Shown here: positions 54,057-62,596 of the stretch, piece after piece
How the letters are laid out: every line of letters starts with the position of its first letter
Position numbering within the stretch: position 1 is the stretch's first letter
Origin: an uncultured Clostridia bacterium
GTDB lineage: Bacteria > Bacillota > Clostridia > Christensenellales > CAG-138
Reading direction: 5' to 3'
DNA length: 64,000 nt
NCBI GenBank assembly: GCA_946411635.1
Contig: CAMKES010000010.1
Span: 6,446-70,445, forward strand
The notes under the pieces: generated by a model
Told to the model about the DNA's origin: nothing
What the model saw: only the letters and a program-made list of their open reading frames with translations
Database searches by the model: none
Program-made: the position numbers and the translations under genes

Positions 54057-54085
54057 ATTATAGCATACTACTCCCGTGATTTCCA
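54057..54085 (-). promoter_or_regulatory. Candidate promoter of the hydrogenase operon
   Basis: Minus strand reads TGGAAA, a 17-nt spacer, then TGcTATAAT (extended -10), within an AT-rich intergenic region. The -35 element is weak. Confidence 0.4.
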
Positions 54086-54252
54086 TAGATTTTTGCAACA
54101 TCTTTTTCTATATTTTTCGTATAAAAGCCGTTTGGTCATGAAAATTCCGCAAAAAAATAGCAAAAAAATGAATTTGCATACTTTTCTTTTTCGTTCAAAT
54201 CGTGTATGATATATGTACCCATAGGAGTATTATATTAGGAAGGGGATTCTTT

Positions 54253-55152
54253 ATGGCAAAGAAAATCAGATTTAAGCCCACTCCGGCCGGAATCATGTTC
54301 CTGTCTGCCATTGCCGTACTGCTGATCGCGATCATCGTTCTGACAGTGATGGCAGTCAAGAACTGCAATACGACGAGAACGGTCGACCCGGATGCGGATG
54401 CATCCGCCGTCGCATCGATCGAACCTGTCGATTCTGCGCTGCCTTCCACCGAGCCGATCGGCTCTACGGAACCCATCGGTTCTGCAGATCCCGTCGATCC
54501 CAGCGCAACGCCCGACGATACCGACCCCGACAATACGGCGAGCGCGGATCCTTCGGCCGATCCGTCCGGCAGCGCATCCATTCCGCCCGTTGTTGTAAAT
54601 ACGCCCACCTCCGGCACCGATGCGCCCGCATCCGGTTCCGCCGAACCGACGGCAACGCCCGGACCGACGTACTACACCAAGCCGACCAGCGCGATGAAGC
54701 AAAACGCGCAGAAGGGCTACGTCAGCCACGATAAGGTCAACATGCGCAAGGAGCCGAACAAGAACTCGACGCTTGTTAAGGAAAAGATCGCAAAGAACAC
54801 CGAACTCACGCTCTACGTCGAGCAGGAGGGCTGGTGGTTCGTGAAGTGCGGAGACAAATACGGCTACATCAAGAAGGACTACGTTGCAAAGGGCTCCGCG
54901 CCTTCGACGCCTTCGAGCACGGAAGCAACCGGCAAGGTCATTGCTTCGACCATTGCGCTGCGCAAAGAACCGGACAAGGGCTCGACCTGCATCAAGCAGT
55001 ACTATAACGGCGAGAGCCTGAAGATCTTCTACTACAAGAAGGACGGCTCCGGCAGAAAATGGTACTACGTCAAGACCAGCGACGGCAAGACCGGCTTCAT
55101 GTTCTCCGAGTACATCAAGGTCACTTCCGGCAAAGTCAACGAAAAGAATTGA
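54253..55152 (+). CDS. Membrane-anchored protein with a low-complexity linker and two SH3b-like domains
   Basis: The start is at MAKKIRFKP. It has a TM anchor and a D/P/S/T-rich linker with EPIGSTEPIGSADP repeats. Two SH3_3-like modules follow (GYVSHDKVNMRKEP..GWWFVKCGDKYGYIKKDYV and KVIASTIALRKEP..KWYYVKTSDGKTGFM). Confidence 0.75.
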   Translation: MAKKIRFKPTPAGIMFLSAIAVLLIAIIVLTVMAVKNCNTTRTVDPDADASAVASIEPVDSALPSTEPIGSTEPIGSADPVDPSATPDDTDPDNTASADPSADPSGSASIPPVVVNTPTSGTDAPASGSAEPTATPGPTYYTKPTSAMKQNAQKGYVSHDKVNMRKEPNKNSTLVKEKIAKNTELTLYVEQEGWWFVKCGDKYGYIKKDYVAKGSAPSTPSSTEATGKVIASTIALRKEPDKGSTCIKQYYNGESLKIFYYKKDGSGRKWYYVKTSDGKTGFMFSEYIKVTSGKVNEKN

Positions 55153-55166
55153 CCCTTCGCTTCAAA

Positions 55167-55196
55167 CAAAAGACCCGCGATTTCGCGGGTCTTTTT
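55167..55196. terminator. Bidirectional terminator between the SH3b gene and the convergent five-gene operon
   Basis: AGACCCGCGA tt TCGCGGGTCT with flanking A and T runs. Confidence 0.75.
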
Positions 55197-55215
55197 CATT
55201 ACCGTTTTGCATTCG

Positions 55216-55800
55216 TTATTCGGGGTCGACCGCCGAAATGTTCTTTGACCGGATCTCGACCGTGACGTCCTCGTACGGCATGACGAATTCATAATACAGA
55301 TAATCGCTGTCGGGACCGTCCGTCTGCTGCGCGGCCGTACCGTTCACGAGGACCTCGGTCGACACGTCAAAGATCAGACCGAGCTTCAGAATGACGGTTT
55401 CTCCCGGATATGCCGTTCCGGGCGGATCGATCAGGCGGCCGACGTCGCCGTCATATTCGATCGGAAGCGGCTGCATGAGCATGTCGCTGCCGCCGAGCGA
55501 ATACGTCACCTCAATGTCGTGGTCGGGCATGATGAAGGTGTAAACGAGGTACGCATATCCGTCGTACTCGGGAGAAAGCCGTACGCCGTCCGCCGTTACC
55601 GTCGGCGAGGCGTCCATCACGACGTACGTTTTGAGACGCACCTCCTCCCCCGCTTCATACGCGTCCTCCGCGTCAACGAAAATGCCCTTTTTTTCACCGT
55701 AATCGACGTGATACTTCGGTGCGCTCTTCGCGCATCCGGTGAAAAGCGCGGCTGCCGCCGCAAGCGCCGCCGTGCAGCGCAGAAGCTTCCGGGATCTCAT
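55216..55800 (-). CDS. Hypothetical lipoprotein
   Basis: 194 aa with a signal peptide and lipobox (ALFTGC). I recognise no family. Confidence 0.6.
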   Translation of the reverse strand: MRSRKLLRCTAALAAAAALFTGCAKSAPKYHVDYGEKKGIFVDAEDAYEAGEEVRLKTYVVMDASPTVTADGVRLSPEYDGYAYLVYTFIMPDHDIEVTYSLGGSDMLMQPLPIEYDGDVGRLIDPPGTAYPGETVILKLGLIFDVSTEVLVNGTAAQQTDGPDSDYLYYEFVMPYEDVTVEIRSKNISAVDPE

Positions 55801-55817
55801 CTGTCACCTCCGGTCTG

Positions 55818-56267
55818 TCACAGCGACGAGAGACGATCGAGCGTCTCCGGGTTCTTTTTCGGTTCCCTGAGATGCAGGATCGCGGCGTTCGGGATCCGCC
55901 CGCGGATCTGCTTTTCCGCTTTGGACGCTCCGCCGCTGCCGGAATACAGCACGAACGTGACCCGCTTTCCGGACAGGTCCGCGTCGCGCAGGACCGTATT
56001 GACCGGACAGGAAAGCCGTCCGTTCCAGACGGGCGATCCGATCACGATCTCATCGTACGCGGATACGTCCGGATCGAAGTCCCGCAGCGGTTCGCAGTGC
56101 TTTCGCCCGGCGTTGAAGCCGCATCTGAGGATCTGCGCGAAAAACTTCTTCGGCGGCTGATTCATCGGCTCGACTTTTCGGACGTCGAAGCCCCTGTCCG
56201 CAAGATACGCGGCGACGGCGTCGCCGTTTCCGGACAGGCTGTAATAGATCAGAAGCTTTTTCATCAT
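55818..56267 (-). CDS. Flavodoxin-family protein
   Basis: 149 aa. The KLLIYYSLSGNGD FMN-phosphate loop is present. The IVIGSPVWNG motif is present. Confidence 0.78.
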   Translation of the reverse strand: MMKKLLIYYSLSGNGDAVAAYLADRGFDVRKVEPMNQPPKKFFAQILRCGFNAGRKHCEPLRDFDPDVSAYDEIVIGSPVWNGRLSCPVNTVLRDADLSGKRVTFVLYSGSGGASKAEKQIRGRIPNAAILHLREPKKNPETLDRLSSL

Positions 56268-56295
56268 TCGGACCTCCCTTCCCCGTTCTGCCGGA

Positions 56296-57360
56296 TCAGT
56301 TCAGTTTGAACCGCATCTCGACCGGGTTGTGATCGGAATAGCGGAACGCAGCGTCGATCACGTCCGCTTCGATCACGTCTACGTTGTCGGTCACCATGAA
56401 TCCGTCGACCGTCAGCTTATACTGTCCGGGGTGATACGGACCGTCCGCGTTGCGGCAGCTTGCAACGGGGTCCTTCTCGTCGATCGGCGCGATCAGACGG
56501 ACGTTGAATCCGTCAAAGGTCCCCTCGGGGATCGGCTGCGCCCAGGTGTATTCCTTGTCCGATTTGCCGAAATACTTCGAGGAATCGCCGAGCAGATCCT
56601 TGTTGAAGTCGCCGCCCGCGATGCAGTAATTGCCCGCTTCATATTCCTTCTGCATGTCGTTGAGCAGGAGCTTCAGCTGCTCCGTGGCGATCGTGCCGTC
56701 GGAGGTATAGGCGGACAGATGCAGGTTGTACAGCACCAGTTCCTTTCCGTCGGAAAGCGGAATGCGGTTCTTGCTGTAGCAGCGGTCGAGATCGAGGAAC
56801 TTCGTCAGACCGGATTCGATCGGCAGTTCCACGCGCTCCGCAGACCGGATCGCGGCGGTCGAGAACGTCAGCAGTCCCGACTTCGCGGAGCCGTGCGGCT
56901 GCGTGATCGGATAGAACAGGAACGGCGAATCGTAATTCTGCGCGAACGTGTACGACATGCCGCCGAGCGCGGGGATCAGGTACTCCCGCTCGTCGAAATG
57001 ATAGCTGCGCGTCGAGTCGATGTCGACCTCCTGCACGAGATACAGATCGGCGTTCTGTTCCGCAAGAAGCTTTGCGATGTTCTTCAGGTTCAGGTCCAGA
57101 CGTTCCTTCGACCATGCCCAGGCACGGTCGCCGCCGTCCATAAAGAACCCGAAGTCATCCTCGTACGCGCCGAAACCGATGTTGTAGGAAACGATCTTGT
57201 ATTCCGTTCCGGTCCCGATCGTGCCGGCCGCTTCGCCGCTGACGTCGATCGGCTGATCGCCGATGCGATGATAACTGATAAAGACGTACGCAAGATATCC
57301 TGCGGCGATCAGAAGGATCACGCCCAGAACGAGCGCGATGATTTTCAATGCTTTTTTCAT
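56296..57360 (-). CDS. Membrane-anchored endonuclease/exonuclease/phosphatase (EEP) family hydrolase
   Basis: The start is at MKKALKII with an N-terminal TM anchor. EEP motifs SYNIG, LVQEVD, GGDFN and SDHNPV are present. Confidence 0.82.
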   Translation of the reverse strand: MKKALKIIALVLGVILLIAAGYLAYVFISYHRIGDQPIDVSGEAAGTIGTGTEYKIVSYNIGFGAYEDDFGFFMDGGDRAWAWSKERLDLNLKNIAKLLAEQNADLYLVQEVDIDSTRSYHFDEREYLIPALGGMSYTFAQNYDSPFLFYPITQPHGSAKSGLLTFSTAAIRSAERVELPIESGLTKFLDLDRCYSKNRIPLSDGKELVLYNLHLSAYTSDGTIATEQLKLLLNDMQKEYEAGNYCIAGGDFNKDLLGDSSKYFGKSDKEYTWAQPIPEGTFDGFNVRLIAPIDEKDPVASCRNADGPYHPGQYKLTVDGFMVTDNVDVIEADVIDAAFRYSDHNPVEMRFKLN

Positions 57361-57388
57361 AACCGTTCCCCTTTCGTGATGAAACCTG

Positions 57389-58390
57389 TCAGCGATCAAA
57401 ATTTGTCCGGTAAACCCGCTCGGCAAGACGGGCGGAAGCGAAATCGACGACGATCCAGCCGTTCAGTACGTCCGTTGAGGACAGAAGCTCTGCGTTCAGT
57501 TTTTTCGCGAGCCCGTAAGGATGTCCGAACGACGACGTCCCCTTTGTGGAAAGAAAATGGATCGAAAGGAACGTCTCCCCGGTCTGCCCCGCTTTGAGGC
57601 CCGCGCGGAAAGCGTTAAGCTTGTCCTCCGCGTCGTACTCGTACCGGTCCTGAACGATCAGCGTATAGCCGCCGTTTTTGTGCGTAGCCGCGTTCAGCGA
57701 TACGTCGTCGTGTCCCTTCTGCGACTGCCAATAGCACGGGATCCCGAGCGTCGGGACCGGATCGGATTGTTTCTCATAGTGACGGAGCAGGACGATCCGG
57801 CCGCGCGCTTCGCCGACCGTCGGGATCCGGTCCGTCAGAAGCCACGCCTGCGGCGTCTTTTCGATGTAGGCGGAGAGCAGCGCCTCGAACGCTTCCGGCG
57901 TTTCGCTGCCGTACTCCTGCTTGACCGCGAACACGATCGTTTCGGTCGGATGCGCGGCAAGGAACGCATAGCAATCGTCAAGCACGTCGTCAAGCATCAG
58001 CGTGCCCGCCCACGGCCATCCGGACGTCGTGCAGTTCGTGAAGCCGTGCATCAGCTTGAGCTTCTCATTGGTTCCGGCAAGCCGGATATCCAGGTACCGG
58101 AAACCGGCTTCCAGCTGTTCGCCGATCGTAAGCGCCTGACATCTCATGACGTAAGCCAGCTGTACGTTCTTCGTCGCGCTGTCGTGCGTGCCGGGCAGAA
58201 CGACCTCGGACAGATACGTTCCGTCGTCAAGCGCCGCCATCCAGTCGGCCGAGCCGTCGACCTTCGTGCCGTCCACCGTTTCGAACGTCGGCACCACGTA
58301 CATCAGCGTCAGGAAAACCAGAACGATCAGCATCGGCACGATCCAGAGAAGGTGCAGAAGTTTCTTTGCTTTTGAATGCTTGTTTTTCAT
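57389..58390 (-). CDS. Membrane-anchored PI-PLC X-domain phosphodiesterase (phosphatidylinositol-specific phospholipase C-like)
   Basis: 333 aa with an N-terminal TM anchor. The PGTHDS catalytic His motif is present. YLDIRL and MHG motifs are present. Confidence 0.8.
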   Translation of the reverse strand: MKNKHSKAKKLLHLLWIVPMLIVLVFLTLMYVVPTFETVDGTKVDGSADWMAALDDGTYLSEVVLPGTHDSATKNVQLAYVMRCQALTIGEQLEAGFRYLDIRLAGTNEKLKLMHGFTNCTTSGWPWAGTLMLDDVLDDCYAFLAAHPTETIVFAVKQEYGSETPEAFEALLSAYIEKTPQAWLLTDRIPTVGEARGRIVLLRHYEKQSDPVPTLGIPCYWQSQKGHDDVSLNAATHKNGGYTLIVQDRYEYDAEDKLNAFRAGLKAGQTGETFLSIHFLSTKGTSSFGHPYGLAKKLNAELLSSTDVLNGWIVVDFASARLAERVYRTNFDR

Positions 58391-58402
58391 ATGCCTTTCC
58401 TT

Positions 58403-58996
58403 TTATCGGTTGTCGGAATATGCGGCCGCCTTTGCCGCTCTGTCTCGCATCATGTGCTGCAGCGTGATCAGAATCGCGACGACGATCGGCTCCGCATCCG
58501 GGCGATAGACGTCGACGCAGTATTTGTCGTGCAGCGAGATCATTTTTTGACTGATCACGGCGATGATTCCGCCGGTTTCGTCGTACAGCTCGAAATTCAG
58601 GCCGACGATGTTTCCGCGAAGCTGCCAGCCGAGCCCCTCGATGTTGGTGATATCCTTGAAGACGTGGAACAGTTCGTTGGACAGTTCGAAGCACGTTCCG
58701 TCCGCCATCGTTACGAAATGCCGTTCGTGAAGGGTAATGATCTTGCGCTCGATATGCGCAACGGGCGCATCGTTCGCGTCGTACAGATCCGTTTTGTCGT
58801 GCAGCGAGATCGCCCTCGATTCGGCGCGATACGCGACGCGCTCCCGTTCATCGACGATCTCGATCCGGTGATGCAGCGTAAAGACTTTGGTCGAGGTAAA
58901 CAGCGAACGGAACGGCTGACCGAAGCGCTCGACGTTATTGACGTTCGGGTCCTCGCCCGCCTCGCGGTATCTCAGATATCTGGAAAAAACGCCCAT
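58403..58996 (-). CDS. LURP-one-related / scramblase-like (Tubby C-terminal fold) protein
   Basis: The start is at MGVFSRYL (GGAGG 5-6 nt upstream). Repeated beta-hairpin pattern is present (ISLHDKTDLYDAN.., ITLHERHFV, ISLHDKYCVDVY). It has a C-terminal hydrophobic helix. Confidence 0.65.
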   Translation of the reverse strand: MGVFSRYLRYREAGEDPNVNNVERFGQPFRSLFTSTKVFTLHHRIEIVDERERVAYRAESRAISLHDKTDLYDANDAPVAHIERKIITLHERHFVTMADGTCFELSNELFHVFKDITNIEGLGWQLRGNIVGLNFELYDETGGIIAVISQKMISLHDKYCVDVYRPDAEPIVVAILITLQHMMRDRAAKAAAYSDNR

Positions 58997-59124
58997 GCGC
59001 CCCTCCTGTCTTCGATGATTGCTTCTCTGAAAGAATATTATATCATTCATCGTGCGGATGTGTCCATATCTTTTTCAAAAGAAAACGCCCCGCCGGATGG
59101 CGAAGCGCTTGCGCCGCATGAAAT

Positions 59125-60930
59125 TCATCGGTCGTCCGTTGTTCCCGCCGGTGAAAACACCGCGGCGAGAATCGCATCGGCGCACGCTTCCGGCGGCGTT
59201 CCGGACGTGTCCAAAGTCAGATCGTATCCGTCTTTCGGATACAGGTACGTATAGGACGCCTCCGCCGTGCCGGGGTGCCGGTCTCCGCGCGCGCGTTCAC
59301 GCCGTTCAAGCTCCGCAAGCGGGCAGGTCACGTGGACCGCAAACAGCGAACGGCCGCGGAGCGAATCCTTGAGCTGTTCAAAGATCCGCGCGCTCGTGAT
59401 CACGTGATCGACGATCACGCCGTCGAAAGTGCGCAGATCCGCCTGTATTTGCCCGCACATCTCGCCGGAAATCTCGAAAACGTCATCCTCATAGATGGGC
59501 TCGTCCGTCGTGATCCGCATGAAATCGTCGATCGAAACGATCGCATACCGCTCCCCGCGTTCCGCCGCGATCCGCTCCCGCAGGGTTTTTGCGAGCGTGG
59601 ACTTTCCGCTGCCGGACGGTCCGTTCAGCAAAATGACCTGTTTTTTCATACCGTTCCTCACTTTTTTGATAACGTGCCATACCGTCATATTCTGAAAGCC
59701 GCACGACCGGTACAGCGCAAGCGGATCGCAGGGATCGTTCCGCTTTCCGGAAACCGTACAGAACGAGGCTTTGCCCTGCATGCGCCGAAGCAGCTCGTTT
59801 ACGACGAACCGTCCGAGCCCTTTGCGGCGGCAATCGGGCGAAACCTGGATCCACTCGAGGATCCCCTCGCCGATACGCGCATCGAGTTCCGCAATGCCGG
59901 TTGCGGCGATCCGGCCGCTCGTCCTGTCGCGGACCGCGATCCACAGCGACGGATCGTACGTCGGACGCCGCGTACAGGACGCAAGTTCCTCCTCCGTGAC
60001 GCCCTCCACCGCATAGCATGCGTTGATATGCGCGGCATAGTCCGCTGCGCCGCATGCGACCGTTTCAAACTGCGGAGGCAGCGACGGCGGATCGACGTTC
60101 TTCAGGTCGTGCATCAGCTTGAAATACGGCTCATCCATGCCGTCCGGCTTCGTCTCGCGGAACGCATCGTCGCGAAGGACCGTTACGCCGTCCGGGACCG
60201 CAAACCGCTCCGTCTTCCAGAACGGAAGCGAGGAAGCGCCGCACGGATCCGCAAGATAAGTCCGCTCGTCGATCCGGGCGGGCAGCGGCTTCACATACGT
60301 GTCGAAGGATTCGCCGCCTTTGACCGAAAACAGTCCCCGCAGCTCCGTCGCGGCCCAGTCGACGTCGTCCGCTTCGAAGCAGATGCTCTCATGCCGTTTC
60401 AGCATGGTGCAGACGAGCGCGCGGGCGAACGCGGGAAACGCCGATCTGTCGTCGGAGCAGACGTAGGCGATCTCGTCGTCCTCGACATACGCCGCGCAGC
60501 TGACGCGGCCGTTCGTCGTTTCGTAAAGCGCGAGGTCCGGAAGGATCGCGAAAAACTCCGGTTCCGTCGCCGTCAGCGGGTTGACAGGCCGGTGCGTTTC
60601 GGCATAATAGCGAAACATCAGCGCCGCGCACCGTTCGTACGCGGTCGTTCCGCGTTCGGCGGTCGGAAGCGGATCGAAATCGTCCGTCATCGGCAGGATC
60701 AGATCTTCCGCGCCGGCCTCCGTTTCATAGCATCTGCGTTTCAGAACGAAGCCGGAGCGCAGCAGCAGACCGATGAGGCGCGTTTTGCCCGACGGTACCA
60801 TGACCTGCAGCGGCTTGCGGTGCGTTTCGATCAGTTCGTCGAACTGCGACGGACGGATCGCGTCCGCTTCCGCTTCCCCGATCTTCAGATACAGATGTCC
60901 GTTATGAAATGGATTGGTGTAGGATTTCAT
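59125..60930 (-). CDS. Three-module fusion of a GNAT-like domain, a GNAT acetyltransferase domain and a chloramphenicol-phosphotransferase-like P-loop kinase domain
   Basis: 601-aa uninterrupted ORF. The GNAT core reads GILEWIQVSPDCRRKGLGRFVVNELL. The C-terminal 186 aa begin MKKQVILLNGPSGSGKSTLAK and resemble CPT/AAA_33 kinases. An internal SD-like GAGGAA precedes that Met. Confidence 0.7.
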   Translation of the reverse strand: MKSYTNPFHNGHLYLKIGEAEADAIRPSQFDELIETHRKPLQVMVPSGKTRLIGLLLRSGFVLKRRCYETEAGAEDLILPMTDDFDPLPTAERGTTAYERCAALMFRYYAETHRPVNPLTATEPEFFAILPDLALYETTNGRVSCAAYVEDDEIAYVCSDDRSAFPAFARALVCTMLKRHESICFEADDVDWAATELRGLFSVKGGESFDTYVKPLPARIDERTYLADPCGASSLPFWKTERFAVPDGVTVLRDDAFRETKPDGMDEPYFKLMHDLKNVDPPSLPPQFETVACGAADYAAHINACYAVEGVTEEELASCTRRPTYDPSLWIAVRDRTSGRIAATGIAELDARIGEGILEWIQVSPDCRRKGLGRFVVNELLRRMQGKASFCTVSGKRNDPCDPLALYRSCGFQNMTVWHVIKKVRNGMKKQVILLNGPSGSGKSTLAKTLRERIAAERGERYAIVSIDDFMRITTDEPIYEDDVFEISGEMCGQIQADLRTFDGVIVDHVITSARIFEQLKDSLRGRSLFAVHVTCPLAELERRERARGDRHPGTAEASYTYLYPKDGYDLTLDTSGTPPEACADAILAAVFSPAGTTDDR

Positions 60931-60954
60931 GTCTTTCGTTTCGCACGTTCAACG

Positions 60955-62019
60955 TTATTTTTTATTCAGGAACCGATTGAAGAAGAAGGTTACGGCTCCG
61001 CTCAGGAATCTGCATCCGACGTCGAATACGAGACGGCGGATCCAGCGAACGTAAAACAGTTTCATGATCCCGCGCGTGAAGAAAAACTTCACGCCGAGAC
61101 TGCGGGCATACCGTTTGAGAATCCCCGGATTGCCCGCTGCGATCGCCTGCGCCGCTTTTTCGCCGCTGACGAGCCCGTTTCTGACGCCGGACAATGTAAA
61201 CGGATCACACGCGCCCATTGCGTCGCCGACGTAATAAATATGATCACCGATCACGGGCTTTCTGACGCCGATCGGCGTGAACGCGGAATACAGAGAGGAC
61301 ATATTCGGCTGCATGCCGAGATCTTTCAGAAACGCGGCGAACACGTCCCTGTAGTTTGCCGTCTCACGGTATTCGTCTGTTATTCCGACGTTTGTGACGC
61401 CTTTGAACGAGCTGACCCAGCAATAGCCGCGTTTCGTGATCCCGAAATGAATCTCGATGCCGTCCGGACGATCGCTCGGAAATATCAGCTGCATCGCAAG
61501 ATTCCTGCGCCTCGTATTCTGGCTGATGCTGCCGAATCCCAGCGTTCCGTCGGCAAAAACAAGATTGTCATATCCGATGGTGTGCGTTTTCCCGATGACG
61601 ACCGTTTTTGTTTCCGGATCGTGACCCGTGATCGGCATGTTTTCGGCAATCCGGACGCCTCGCGCCTTTGCCAGCCGGTAAAAGGCGTCGTCGAGTGCGA
61701 CACGATTGATTTCGCGGCTGGTCAGAAGGAAACGGTTGTCGATCCTCTGCCTGCATTTCAGCTTGAAATACAATCTGAAATCCTTGATCAGGGTATACCC
61801 GCAGTCGGCAGGATCGAGCCCGAGACGCTTGTACTCCCTGTCGGTTTTTCGGGTGATATATCCGGCGCAGCATTTATCGCGCGGAAATGCGTATTTTTCC
61901 GCCACCAGCACGTCTTCGACACCATGTTCAAGCAGCGTCAGCGCGCACGCGAGGCCGGCGGGTCCCGCGCCGATGATCACAGTATGATAGTGTTGTTTGA
62001 TCGGGTTCGATCCTTCCAT
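60955..62019 (-). CDS. FAD-dependent oxidoreductase (geranylgeranyl reductase-like family)
   Basis: 354 aa. The dinucleotide-binding motif is VIIGAGPAGLACA. It has a later GD motif (YYVGDAMG). Confidence 0.8.
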   Translation of the reverse strand: MEGSNPIKQHYHTVIIGAGPAGLACALTLLEHGVEDVLVAEKYAFPRDKCCAGYITRKTDREYKRLGLDPADCGYTLIKDFRLYFKLKCRQRIDNRFLLTSREINRVALDDAFYRLAKARGVRIAENMPITGHDPETKTVVIGKTHTIGYDNLVFADGTLGFGSISQNTRRRNLAMQLIFPSDRPDGIEIHFGITKRGYCWVSSFKGVTNVGITDEYRETANYRDVFAAFLKDLGMQPNMSSLYSAFTPIGVRKPVIGDHIYYVGDAMGACDPFTLSGVRNGLVSGEKAAQAIAAGNPGILKRYARSLGVKFFFTRGIMKLFYVRWIRRLVFDVGCRFLSGAVTFFFNRFLNKK

Positions 62020-62060
62020 TCCCTTATCGCTTTCTTTTCAGGCTTCGCGCACGGATCACT

Positions 62061-62585
62061 TTACTCGGAAAGATCGATCCAGTACCGCTCAAGATACCGG
62101 TCGCGTTCCGGCTCATAGACTTCGGATTCAAAGACACCGCCGCATTTTACGATCGTCCGTCGGCTGCCCTCGTTGCCGCGAACGCAAGTGATCAAGACCT
62201 TTTCGATCCCCAGTTCCCTGCAGATCGGAAGCACCCGCGTCAGCATCTGCGTCGCATATCCTTTGCGCCGCTCGCTCGGCGCGACCGAGTAGCCGATGTG
62301 CCCGCTGTATTTTGCAAGGACGTCGTTCAGATAATGCCGGATCTGGATCACGCCGACGATCTTATCGTCCGATTCGCGAACGTAGATGAACTGCGTCGCC
62401 GGAACGAAACCCGCGGGCACGGTTTCCGGATTGCCGCACCGCGCGACGAGATCCAGCCAGTCCTGCGTGCGGTCATAGCGGATCAGCGACCCGCCGCCGT
62501 CCATCGACATGCCGGGATGCAGAAACTCACTTCGATACGCCTGGATCTGGCGGTCGTATGCGATTGTAGGCTCGATCAGTTTCAT
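62061..62585 (-). CDS. GNAT-family N-acetyltransferase
   Basis: 174 aa. The acetyl-CoA-binding segment is SERRKGYATQML. GGAG SD is present. Confidence 0.8.
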   Translation of the reverse strand: MKLIEPTIAYDRQIQAYRSEFLHPGMSMDGGGSLIRYDRTQDWLDLVARCGNPETVPAGFVPATQFIYVRESDDKIVGVIQIRHYLNDVLAKYSGHIGYSVAPSERRKGYATQMLTRVLPICRELGIEKVLITCVRGNEGSRRTIVKCGGVFESEVYEPERDRYLERYWIDLSE

Positions 62586-62596
62586 ACCGTGCTCCG

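Noticed and set aside
54019-54252. Rex (redox-sensing repressor) operator upstream of the hydrogenase operon.
   Set aside because: Reading both strands, I found no TTGTGAA-N4-TTCACAA-like or TTGTTAA-N4-TTAACAA-like site. Only the weaker GTTCAG-ATAA-CTGACC palindrome is present, and it is reported separately.
59275-62118. 947-aa plus-strand ORF across the GNAT-kinase fusion, the oxidoreductase and a GNAT gene.
   Set aside because: It is antisense to genes with clear Rossmann, P-loop and GNAT motifs and SD sequences. It has no motifs of its own.
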